64,000 nucleotides of DNA from NCBI GenBank assembly GCA_017628205.1, contig JAGBZO010000039.1, positions 35,279 through 99,278 of the forward strand, given 5' to 3'. The DNA is from Duodenibacillus sp. (GTDB taxonomy: Bacteria; Pseudomonadota; Gammaproteobacteria; Burkholderiales; Burkholderiaceae_F). The notes beneath the pieces are model-generated. The model ran no database searches. It saw nothing but the letters and a program-made list of their open reading frames with translations, and had not been told where the DNA came from. The number at the start of each line of letters is the position of its first letter. The first letter of the stretch is position 1. Shown here one piece after another: positions 23,003 to 31,564 of the stretch. A program made the translations under genes and the position numbers.

Positions 23003-23044
23003 AAAAAAGAGCGACACCGATAATGATGTCGCTCTCTTTTTTTT
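23003..23044 (-). terminator. rho-independent terminator downstream of the DASS transporter
   Basis: AGAGCGACA...TGTCGCTCT stem flanked by A- and T-runs. Confidence 0.7.
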
Positions 23045-23064
23045 ATTTACCTAACGGTAACACG

Positions 23065-24480
23065 TTACAGCGAGGTAAAGATGCCCAGGGCCATCCAGTA
23101 CGGAACACCGATCACGGCAAAGATCACATAGGAGATTGCCACGAAGATGATACCGAGCTTGAGCCAAACCTGAACGTTTTCGTAACCTGCACCGTACAGA
23201 GCCGGACCGGCAGCGTTAGCGTAGTGGGTCAAGATAGCGCCCATAACACCGCACATCAGGAAGACGAGGAACATGTCGTATGCCGGCAAACCAGCTGCCA
23301 AACCGATCGTGAACTGAATCGGAATAACGGAAGCCATGTAGGCGCCGCAAGATACGAAGAGGTAACGGCAAGACGTACCGATCAAAACCAAGAGGATCAA
23401 CAGCGTGATGTGGTTGAACTGAGAGAAGTCAACGAGGAGCTGGAGTTCCTTACCGCACCAAGCGAAGAACTTGAACTTGTTCAAAGCAGTGGCGAGACCG
23501 ATGATACCACCGTACCACATCAGGGTATTCCAAATGGAGCGGTTGGTAGCCATCTTTTCGAAGGAAAGGATGCCGGTAGCCAAAGCGATGGCGATGAAGC
23601 CAAGGAGAACGGCCGTAGCGTTGATCTTCGTGTACTTGGAGGTAGCCCACAGAACGATACAACCCAAGAACAAGACAACGCAGAGGATTTCCTTACCGCT
23701 CATGGGTCCGAGCTTGGCAAGGCCTTCTTCACCGATGCGCTTACCGTCGATCTTATCGATCGTCGGCTTGTAGATCTTGTGCAAGAGCCACGGAGCGAGC
23801 AACATAACCGTCATGGCGGGAACGCAGAATGCGGTCGTCCATTCGAGCCAGGAGAGCTTCAGACCGAGCATCTGGTCAGCCAAAACCCACGTTACGGTGT
23901 TGGCAGCATAACCCGTCAAGAACGTGATACCCGTACACATCGTAACGATGTAGAGCAGGAAGGACAGGTAAGCACCGATACCGCGCGGATTGTTTTCCGG
24001 CGTGGAACCGAGAGATTCGGAAATGGACTTAAAGATCGGCCAAATGATGCCACCGGTACGGGCAGCGTTGGACGGGGTTACCGGAGCGATGACCAAGTCG
24101 GAGAAGGCGGCGGCGTAGCCGAGACCCAAAGAAGAACGACCGAACTTCTTAATCATCCAGTAGGAAATACGGCTACCGAGGTTGGTATCCTTAAATGCCT
24201 GAGCAACGATGTAGGCACCGACCACCAACCAAACCATGTTGTTGGAGAAGCCGGACAGAGCCACGGCCTGGCCCTTCTGCATGACGGCATACAAACCGAT
24301 CATGATCAACAAAGCGGTAGCTTCGCCGACGGGCTGCAACATCACCATCAAAATGGCGCCAATGTAATACGGGAACAGATGCCATGCCTTAGGATCCATG
24401 CCTTGCGGCGTATCCATCAGCAGAAGCAAGAGCGGAAGAAAACTGATGCACATGCGAATCAGCTTTTGCTTCTTATCCAT
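23065..24480 (-). CDS. DASS family di/tricarboxylate transporter (CitT/TtdT-like)
   Basis: ALSGFSN..VWL, TNLGSRI, SLGLGY, TPSNAARTGG, FLTGYAAN, RYLFVS, LTHYANAAG. Confidence 0.9.
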   Translation of the reverse strand: MDKKQKLIRMCISFLPLLLLLMDTPQGMDPKAWHLFPYYIGAILMVMLQPVGEATALLIMIGLYAVMQKGQAVALSGFSNNMVWLVVGAYIVAQAFKDTNLGSRISYWMIKKFGRSSLGLGYAAAFSDLVIAPVTPSNAARTGGIIWPIFKSISESLGSTPENNPRGIGAYLSFLLYIVTMCTGITFLTGYAANTVTWVLADQMLGLKLSWLEWTTAFCVPAMTVMLLAPWLLHKIYKPTIDKIDGKRIGEEGLAKLGPMSGKEILCVVLFLGCIVLWATSKYTKINATAVLLGFIAIALATGILSFEKMATNRSIWNTLMWYGGIIGLATALNKFKFFAWCGKELQLLVDFSQFNHITLLILLVLIGTSCRYLFVSCGAYMASVIPIQFTIGLAAGLPAYDMFLVFLMCGVMGAILTHYANAAGPALYGAGYENVQVWLKLGIIFVAISYVIFAVIGVPYWMALGIFTSL

Positions 24481-24507
24481 GATTTTCTCCTTTTGGTTAT
24501 AACAATA

Positions 24508-25932
24508 TTATCCGCGATGAACCAAACGATTAATCGCAGTAATTAAATCGCCGCAATTCTCAAGATTTTCCAGAGACTTGCACATATCGGCGAATTCGTC
24601 ACAGGCTTCGTCAGACAGGATGCCATCGGTCATCATCTTGAACTTGCGAACGATGCCTTCCCAACTGACGGGGTTGTCCGGGTCACCGGACGGGCTAATT
24701 ACTTCAGCATGCAATTCGGTACCGTCTTGCATGGTGGCAGTCATCACGGACGGCCAATTGCTCGGGAGCATTGCAATCAATTCGGGCACGATGTCGAGCT
24801 CGATGCGAGCCATCAAAGCGCGCGTTTCGGGATCGTGCAACGTTTCCGGCGTGAAATCCTTTTCGGAGACCAAACCGTTCATCAACGTGCGTGCAATGCA
24901 GAACTTCAAACTGAACTTGCATTCCTGAGGCGTTTGCGGATCTTCGATACCGGCAACCTGAACGGCAACGTCATACGTCTTGGCGTGAACCTTTTCAACC
25001 GACTTGTAGTCGATGCCGGCGAACTGTTCGCGAATAGCATTGGCAGCGTCGATAGCCGAATGCGTGTGACGGCAGCAGGGATAAGGCTTGATCGAGACTT
25101 CACCGGCACGCCAGTACTTGCCAAAATCGTTGAAGACTTCGGTCTTTACGGCCTGACGGGCATAACCAGCAAAGAAACCTTGAGAACCTTCAAGAATGGC
25201 CGTGGCGCCGCTGAAACCGTTTTCAGCCATGAAAGCAGCCAACACGCCGTTGGAAGCGGCCTTACCGGCATGCAAGAACTTGCTCATGCCGCCGTTCTGG
25301 AGGAACTGCCACAAACCGGCAGCCATCGTACCGGCGTTACCCAACGTCCAGTCGAGTTGTTCCTTATTAAGACCCAACAACTTACCGGCGGCCATGGCGG
25401 AGCCGAAATGACCGGTCGTAGCCGTCGTATGCCAAATCTTGTAGTGTTCCGGAGTTACGGCAGCGCCGACGCGCAACATGATTTCATAACCGGCAACGAT
25501 AGCGGTCAAGAGATCCTTACCGCTCTTGCCCTTCCATTCGCCAACGGACAAAGCGGCGGGAATCACGACAGTTGCGGGATGCGAAATGGACTCGCGATCC
25601 ACGTCGTCCATTTCCATAATGTGACCGCAATAACCGTTGAAGAAAGCAGCGTCGGTGATGCTCGCCTTACCTTCCTGGCATACCATCGAGGCCTGAGGGG
25701 CGCTCATGTTGTGTGCAATATATTTTTTAGCCAGTTCGGACTGAGGACGAGCTGTGCCACGAATGACACAACCCAACCAGTCCAACAAACAGACCTTCAT
25801 CTGAGTGATGGAGCGTTCAGGAATATTTTCAAACTTAAGAGAGTCAACGAAGCTGGTGCACATCTGAGAGTATGCGGCATCAAATTCGCTCGGCTCGTTG
25901 TTCGCTACTACGCAACAAGGTTCCTTAGCCAT
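24508..25932 (-). CDS. MmgE/PrpD family protein
   Basis: LLDWLGC, EMDDV....SHP, GYEI, HY..WHTT, KFLHAG, KPYPCCRHTH, KFS, GDPDNP. Confidence 0.92.
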   Translation of the reverse strand: MAKEPCCVVANNEPSEFDAAYSQMCTSFVDSLKFENIPERSITQMKVCLLDWLGCVIRGTARPQSELAKKYIAHNMSAPQASMVCQEGKASITDAAFFNGYCGHIMEMDDVDRESISHPATVVIPAALSVGEWKGKSGKDLLTAIVAGYEIMLRVGAAVTPEHYKIWHTTATTGHFGSAMAAGKLLGLNKEQLDWTLGNAGTMAAGLWQFLQNGGMSKFLHAGKAASNGVLAAFMAENGFSGATAILEGSQGFFAGYARQAVKTEVFNDFGKYWRAGEVSIKPYPCCRHTHSAIDAANAIREQFAGIDYKSVEKVHAKTYDVAVQVAGIEDPQTPQECKFSLKFCIARTLMNGLVSEKDFTPETLHDPETRALMARIELDIVPELIAMLPSNWPSVMTATMQDGTELHAEVISPSGDPDNPVSWEGIVRKFKMMTDGILSDEACDEFADMCKSLENLENCGDLITAINRLVHRG

Positions 25933-25969
25933 GGTCGCCTCTTTTAACTACCTTTTAAGATCTAAATCT

Positions 25970-26008
25970 AGGTATACCATCGTAAAAAGACAACAACATG
26001 GTATACAG
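25970..26008. promoter_or_regulatory. two FadR-type operator-like sites upstream of the MmgE/PrpD gene
   Basis: AGGTATACCA (25970-25979) and TGGTATACAG (25999-26008), matching the palindrome TGGTATACCA. Confidence 0.6.
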
Positions 26009-26216
26009 ATTTTTACAAGTCTATGGGATTTAACCATGTTCCTGATCGTCTAGCAAACCGATTCCTCTGACACATGATTACGATCAAAACTACAACTTTT
26101 TAACTAAATTCTTTACATACTTATACCTAATTTTTCATTGTTTTAGGTTTGTTTTAGGGGTATGATGAAAAAAGTTGTAAGAACTCGTGAACAAAACGCG
26201 AGTATTTTTTGGGGTT

Positions 26217-26240
26217 AGTTGGTATACCAGTCTACCAACT
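26217..26240. promoter_or_regulatory. FadR-type operator upstream of the hydro-lyase genes
   Basis: Perfect palindrome TGGTATACCA (26220-26229) nested in AGTTGGTA-N8-TACCAACT. Confidence 0.7.
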
Positions 26241-26295
26241 GCAACAGTCGGTGAATGAGATTATTTACCGCATGTTAATTAATGAGAGGACTCAA

Positions 26296-27195
26296 ATGAA
26301 AAGTCTTGAAATCTCTTATCAGGAGATCTTTGATCTGTTACACAAGGCTTGCACGTCTATTTCCCCCGATGCTTTGCATCTGCTGAAACAGTCTGCCGAA
26401 AAAGAAACCAGCGAAGAAGCCAAGACGTTCTTGCAGACCATGCTCAAGAACGTTGAATTGTCGGCTCAGACCGACAAGCCCTTGTGCCAGTCTCCCGGTT
26501 ATCCGACCGTTTGGATTCGTTGGGGCGAAGCTTTCCAGCCCAACCTCGGCCAACTGACGGCCGACATCACCAAGGCCGTTCGCGAAGCCACGCTCGCAGG
26601 TTACATTCGTCCTTCTATCGTTCACCCGCTGACTCGTTCCAACCCCGGCGATTCCTCCGGTAAGGGTTGCCCCAACTTTGAACTGCAGTTCGACAAGGAT
26701 TTGCCCTACGTTGAAATCATCATGAGCGCCAAGGGTTGCGGTGCCGAACTTCCGAACGTAGCCAAGATCCTCACGCCCGCCACTTTGGGCAAGAACTTCA
26801 AGGGTCTCAAGCAGCTCATTATGGATACCGCTCTCGGTGCACGCGGTTATCCCTGCCCGCCCTTCTCCATCGGTATCGGTATCGGCGGTCAGATGGACGT
26901 TGCTGCCAAGCTCTCTCGTGAAGCCATCTCCACGCGTAACTGGCTCGACAACAACCCGGATCCCTTGTTCGACTCCCTCGAAAAGGAAATCCTTGCCGAC
27001 CTCAACAAGCTCAAGAACGGTCCTGCCGGTATCGGCGGCGACACGACCGCTTTGGCATGTAAGATCGGTTGGGCTGCCACGCACACGGCTATCTGCCCGG
27101 TCGTTATCAACTTCCACTGCTGGACCGCTCGTCGTTTCGGCTATCGCTTCTACCCCGACGGTCGTCGCGAAGAACTCTTTCAGGTTGGAGAATAA
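26296..27195 (+). CDS. Fe-S hydro-lyase alpha subunit (class I fumarase / tartrate dehydratase family)
   Basis: PLCQSPG, AKGCGAE, PCPPF.IGIGIGG, GPAGIGGDTT, H...PV..NFHCW.ARR; GAGAGGA RBS. Confidence 0.9.
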   Translation: MKSLEISYQEIFDLLHKACTSISPDALHLLKQSAEKETSEEAKTFLQTMLKNVELSAQTDKPLCQSPGYPTVWIRWGEAFQPNLGQLTADITKAVREATLAGYIRPSIVHPLTRSNPGDSSGKGCPNFELQFDKDLPYVEIIMSAKGCGAELPNVAKILTPATLGKNFKGLKQLIMDTALGARGYPCPPFSIGIGIGGQMDVAAKLSREAISTRNWLDNNPDPLFDSLEKEILADLNKLKNGPAGIGGDTTALACKIGWAATHTAICPVVINFHCWTARRFGYRFYPDGRREELFQVGE

Positions 27196-27198
27196 AAA

Positions 27199-27792
27199 AT
27201 GGCAACGTATGAATTGACCCTCCCGGTAGACAACGCAACCATTGAGCAGTTGCACGTTGGCGACATCATCTATTTGAACGGTCTTGTTTGCACGGCTCGT
27301 GACATGGGTCACCTTTTGATGCGTGAACTCGTTGAAAAGAACGAACCCCTGCCCGAAAAGATCGAAGGCGGCGCCATTTTCCACGCCGGCCCCGTCATGA
27401 AGAAGGACGAAAACGGCAAGTGGTATCTCTCCGTTGTCGGCCCCACGACCTCTATCCGTATGGAACCCCATGCTGACTTCGTCGGCCAGCAGGGTGTCAA
27501 GATCATCATCGGTAAGGGCGGTATGGGCGAAGACACCAAGGCCGCTTTGCAGAAGTACAAGCAGGTTTACGTTCAGGCTTGCCCGGGTTGCGCCGTTGTT
27601 TTGGCCGCCGGCATCAAGAATGTTAAGGACGTTCACTGGCTTGAACAGGGTATGCCCGAAGCCATGTGGGCCATGGAAGCCGACCGCTTCGGTCCGTTCT
27701 TGGTGACGATGGACTCCCATGGTGCCAGCCGTTACGACGATGTTCGTGCTCAGGCTCAGGAAACCGTAAACGAAATCATGAAGACGAAGTAA
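27199..27792 (+). CDS. Fe-S hydro-lyase beta subunit (class I fumarase / tartrate dehydratase family)
   Basis: L.VGD..YLNG...TARD, FHAGP, GPTTSIRME, IGKGGM, GMPEAMW, FGP..V.MDSHG. Confidence 0.92.
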   Translation: MATYELTLPVDNATIEQLHVGDIIYLNGLVCTARDMGHLLMRELVEKNEPLPEKIEGGAIFHAGPVMKKDENGKWYLSVVGPTTSIRMEPHADFVGQQGVKIIIGKGGMGEDTKAALQKYKQVYVQACPGCAVVLAAGIKNVKDVHWLEQGMPEAMWAMEADRFGPFLVTMDSHGASRYDDVRAQAQETVNEIMKTK

Positions 27793-27889
27793 TTCGTTTT
27801 GACCGCCGCGCATTCCCCTCGCGGCGGTACCTCAGGAGACGAGGGTGTCACTCTCGTCCGCTCGCAGACAAAGGTGAGCGAATTTTCTT

Positions 27890-27937
27890 AGGGTTGATTG
27901 ATAACTCCCAATCAACCCTGTTTTTTTCCTGTTGGAA
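27890..27937 (+). terminator. terminator hairpin after hydro-lyase genes
   Basis: AGGGTTGATTG...CAATCAACCCT followed by a T-run. Confidence 0.7.
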
Positions 27938-27961
27938 GACTTGTCCGTCGACATGCCCAAG

Positions 27962-28006
27962 AAAAAACCTCGCAATGCTCCCAAAGACCATTGCGAGGTT
28001 TTTTTT
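27962..28006. terminator. bidirectional terminator
   Basis: AAAAAACCTCGCAATG...CATTGCGAGGTTTTTT between convergent genes. Confidence 0.8.
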
Positions 28007-28042
28007 ATCCGAAAATCGTAGCGTCTTTTTATGTCGGAACGA

Positions 28043-29389
28043 TCAGGACGTGGGCATATCTTCGGCATTCAGGCCAATACGCGTAGCCAACACTTTATCG
28101 ATGCGTCTGCCATCCATGTCGGCAACTTCAAACTTCCAGCCTTCCCATTGAACGACGTCCCCGGTTCGAGGCAAACGTTGCAACAACAACATCATCATGC
28201 CCGACAACGTGTTGTAACGTCCCAGTTCTTCCTGCGGCACTTCGCGCAAATGGAGTTGATCCTTCAGCTCCGGTACCGGAATGATGCCGTCAAGAAAATA
28301 CGAACCGTCGGGGCGCTGTACGGCCCAAGCATCATCGGTTGTTTTCGGCTTGAACTCCCCGGCAATCGCTTCGAGCAAATCTCGCGGCGTCACCAACCCG
28401 ACCACTTCGCCATATTCGTCCACGACCAATGCCAACGGGGTATCGGTGTTCTTGAAATGCTCCAACAATTCCATACCGGTCAGAGACTCGGGAACGTACG
28501 CGGCGGGAGCGAGATTGTTCAAGAGATTGAGCTGACCATTCTCAACGATCTGCTGCAATAGTTGACGCGTGGTACAACACCCCTTGACGTCGTCAAGGCT
28601 GCCGCTGGCAACGATCATTCGGCTTCGATTGCTCGTCAATACTTTTTGAATGTTAAGTTCAAGACTGTCATCCAAATCGATCCATTCGATATCGCTGCGA
28701 GGCGTCATGACGGAGCCGACCTGTCGATCGTCCAAACGAAAGACATTGCGCACCATGTCGCGTTCTGTACTTTCGATGACCCCCGACTCGCTCCCCTCCT
28801 CGATCATCGCATGAATTTCTTCTTCAGTGACGCTCGCTTCTTTGTTCTTATCGGCTCCAAGAACCTTGAGCACCACCTCGGTGGACACGGACAACAATTT
28901 GACAAACGGGCTCATGATCAAGCTGAGTCCGCGCAAAGGCCCCGCCACGATACAAGCCAACCGCTCGGGATTGCCTTGCCCCAAACGCTTGGGCACCAAC
29001 TCGCCCAAAACGATCGAAAAATACGTGACGGCTACCACGACGGTGACGATCCCCGCCGCCTTGGCGGTTTCGGCTCCCAAACCGAATTCCATCAAAAAAC
29101 CGGCGATCGGTTCCGCCAACGCGGATTGACCGACAATACCCGACAAAACCCCGATCGACGTGATACCCACCTGAATGGTCGACAGAGCCCAAGTCGGATC
29201 GTTCTGCAACTGCATCGCCTTGGCGGCCCCCTTGTTGCCATCGTCGCTCAACACCTGCAATCGCGCGCGGCGGCTCGTGACCAACGCGATTTCGCTCATG
29301 GCAAACACACCGTTGACGCAAATCAGCCCAAGAAGGCACACAATATCGAACCAACTACCCATAAAACCTTTTAATACTCTTTCTGACAA
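28043..29389 (-). CDS. hemolysin-family CNNM/CBS/CorC membrane protein
   Basis: NGVFAMSEIAL, STIQVGIT, GELVPK, MTPR CBS pair, VVDEYG, CorC domain; start may be 29362. Confidence 0.92.
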   Translation of the reverse strand: MSERVLKGFMGSWFDIVCLLGLICVNGVFAMSEIALVTSRRARLQVLSDDGNKGAAKAMQLQNDPTWALSTIQVGITSIGVLSGIVGQSALAEPIAGFLMEFGLGAETAKAAGIVTVVVAVTYFSIVLGELVPKRLGQGNPERLACIVAGPLRGLSLIMSPFVKLLSVSTEVVLKVLGADKNKEASVTEEEIHAMIEEGSESGVIESTERDMVRNVFRLDDRQVGSVMTPRSDIEWIDLDDSLELNIQKVLTSNRSRMIVASGSLDDVKGCCTTRQLLQQIVENGQLNLLNNLAPAAYVPESLTGMELLEHFKNTDTPLALVVDEYGEVVGLVTPRDLLEAIAGEFKPKTTDDAWAVQRPDGSYFLDGIIPVPELKDQLHLREVPQEELGRYNTLSGMMMLLLQRLPRTGDVVQWEGWKFEVADMDGRRIDKVLATRIGLNAEDMPTS

Positions 29390-29435
29390 AAACGCAGCCC
29401 TGAAGAGCTGCGTGAAAAAGCCGATCGTCGACCGA

Positions 29436-29768
29436 TTAGAAGGGGAACTTCATTCCCGGCGGCAAAGGCATGCCGGCCGTAGCCTGTCGCATCTTTTCCT
29501 GAGAAGTGCTTTCGACCTTGTGGGCGGCATCGTTCAATGCGGCTGCGACCAAGTCTTCAATCATTTCCTTGTCGTCTTCTTCACCAGAGAACAAGCTCGG
29601 ATCGATTTCAACTTTGCGACATTCATGCTTGCAGGTCATGGTGACCTTGACCAAGCCGGCGCCGGCTTCGCCAACGACTTCCGTGTTACCTAACTCAGCC
29701 TGCACACGTTCAACATTTTTTTGCATCTTTTGTGCCTGGGCGAGCAAGCCCTGGATGTTTCCTCGCAT
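29436..29768 (-). CDS. ybaB: YbaB/EbfC nucleoid-associated protein
   Basis: [44 protein letters not shown]. Confidence 0.95.
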   Translation of the reverse strand: MRGNIQGLLAQAQKMQKNVERVQAELGNTEVVGEAGAGLVKVTMTCKHECRKVEIDPSLFSGEEDDKEMIEDLVAAALNDAAHKVESTSQEKMRQATAGMPLPPGMKFPF

Positions 29769-30285
29769 AATGCTCCAATTCCTCTATTTCTGTTTCCGTT
29801 AATAGACGTACCGACGTTTCGTCGATCGTCCCGTTGAATACATTCACGCATTGTTGCACAAACGGATCGCTTTTGAACGCTTCGATCATGGCAATGCGTG
29901 CCGCGCGGCGTTCGGCCTCTTCCAACAAGCTGACCGTTGTCGATTGCGGTGACTTTTCTTCCGGCGCAAAGTTTACGTGAAATCCCGTTCCCTTGACGCC
30001 GACAATTGCATTTTGAATCTCTTGTTTCGTGTTTTGCGTAACCAACGTATGCGAAATCGGTCTCAGAACAACTTCACTATCCGTCAGTCGAACCAACTCG
30101 CTACCGCTTGCAATCTCGCGAGCCAAGCCTTGGAGTTGAGTCTGGCACAGCAATTTTCGCCAGTTAAGCAAGTCCGACGTTACCTTGACCTCGATTGGAG
30201 GCTCGATGGCACCGCCGATTCCCGTGCGCCGTGTCTTAACTGGCTCAGCGCTCTCCCCCGCCGTCTTCCCACGGCGGCAAATCAT
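29710..30285 (-). CDS. DNA polymerase III tau C-terminal-domain-like ORF, out of frame with dnaX
   Basis: W..L...[12 protein letters not shown] and F.SDPFVQ..V..F.G.I...SVR resemble tau domain V; lies between dnaX and ybaB in the +1 frame. Confidence 0.7.
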   Translation of the reverse strand: MICRRGKTAGESAEPVKTRRTGIGGAIEPPIEVKVTSDLLNWRKLLCQTQLQGLAREIASGSELVRLTDSEVVLRPISHTLVTQNTKQEIQNAIVGVKGTGFHVNFAPEEKSPQSTTVSLLEEAERRAARIAMIEAFKSDPFVQQCVNVFNGTIDETSVRLLTETEIEELEHYARKHPGLARPGTKDAKKC

Positions 30286-31561
30286 TGAAATCGGGCTCCA
30301 CGAACTCGGGTTCGACCAAGTCCACGGGCGGCTCGTTCACCGCAAGAGCGGGTTTTGCAATCTGAACCGGCTTTTGCGCCTGTTGAACCGGAACTGCGGC
30401 GGGTTGAACGGGCTTGGGCGGAACGACTCCGCGTTCGGGGACGCTGCCGGCGCGAATGTTACCTGCCGGCTTGAAAGCCAACATACGCAAAATCGCCATC
30501 GTAAAGCCGGCGTACTCGTCCGGGGCCATGGCCATGTCGTTGCGTGCCTGCAAAGCGATTTGATAATCCAACTGCACTTCGTCCGGCGTCATCTGCAAAG
30601 CCAACTTCTTGATCCCTTGCACTTCGGGATCATCGGCGGGCAAACTCTCGGGAACGCGTTGAGCGATCGCCACGCGATGCAACACGCCCGCCAGGTCGCG
30701 AATGGCCTGCGTGTACGACAAGCTGCGCATGCCCATTTCGTCGGCGATGCGAAATGCAGCCGCGGCATCACCGTCCAAGACGGTCTGCATCAATTCGATC
30801 AACACGTCGCTGTCGATCACCCCCAACATGTGACGAACGGACTCAAGCGTTACGTTACCCGAACTGAACGCAATGGCTTGATCCAGAAGGCTCAAACCGT
30901 CTCGCATCGAACCGCGGGCGCCGTTGGCCAACAAGCGCAAGGCGGCGGGTTCAAATTGAAAGCCCTCCTGCTGCATGATTCGCGCCATGTGATCGGCGAT
31001 CGCCGTCGGAGCCATATTCTTCAAATTGAATTGCAGACACCGGGATAAAACGGTGACCGGCACCTTTTGAGGATCCGTGGTCGCCAAAATGAATTTCACG
31101 TATTCCGGCGGCTCTTCCAACGTCTTGAGCATGGCGTTGAACGCGTGCGTCGTCAACATATGCACTTCGTCGATCATGTAAACCTTGTAACGGGCCTGCG
31201 TCGGGGCATACATGGCGCGTTCGAGCAAGGTCGTCATTTCCTCTACGGAGCGGTTGGAGGCCGCGTCAATTTCGATGTAGTCGACGAATCGGCCTTCATC
31301 AATGGCTCGACAAGCCGCACACTTACCGCACGGCGAACTCGTGACACCGCCGGTTCCGTCCTCGCCCGTACAATTCAACGACTTTGCCAGAATGCGAGAC
31401 AGCGTCGTCTTGCCGACCCCTCGCGTCCCGGTAAAAAGATAAGCGTGATGCAGACGGTTTTCATCCAGAGCATGTCGAAGAGCCGCCACAACATGTTCCT
31501 GACCGACCATACTGTCGAAATCATGAGGGCGCCACTTGCGCGCCAATACTTGATAGCTCAT
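30245..31561 (-). CDS. dnaX: DNA polymerase III subunit gamma/tau (N-terminal 438 aa)
   Basis: MSYQVLARKWRP, GTRGVGKTT, C4 zinc motif, EIDAAS, IDEVHML, SRC, GSMRD; ends ...[10 protein letters not shown]. Confidence 0.96.
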   Translation of the reverse strand: MSYQVLARKWRPHDFDSMVGQEHVVAALRHALDENRLHHAYLFTGTRGVGKTTLSRILAKSLNCTGEDGTGGVTSSPCGKCAACRAIDEGRFVDYIEIDAASNRSVEEMTTLLERAMYAPTQARYKVYMIDEVHMLTTHAFNAMLKTLEEPPEYVKFILATTDPQKVPVTVLSRCLQFNLKNMAPTAIADHMARIMQQEGFQFEPAALRLLANGARGSMRDGLSLLDQAIAFSSGNVTLESVRHMLGVIDSDVLIELMQTVLDGDAAAAFRIADEMGMRSLSYTQAIRDLAGVLHRVAIAQRVPESLPADDPEVQGIKKLALQMTPDEVQLDYQIALQARNDMAMAPDEYAGFTMAILRMLAFKPAGNIRAGSVPERGVVPPKPVQPAAVPVQQAQKPVQIAKPALAVNEPPVDLVEPEFVEPDFNDLPPWEDGGGER

Positions 31562-31564
31562 CGT

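Noticed and set aside
21690-27900. Organic-acid cluster as a recently acquired genomic island
   Set aside because: Intergenic DNA is AT-rich, but I saw no integrase, tRNA, direct repeats or transposase, and the enzyme genes use host-like codons.
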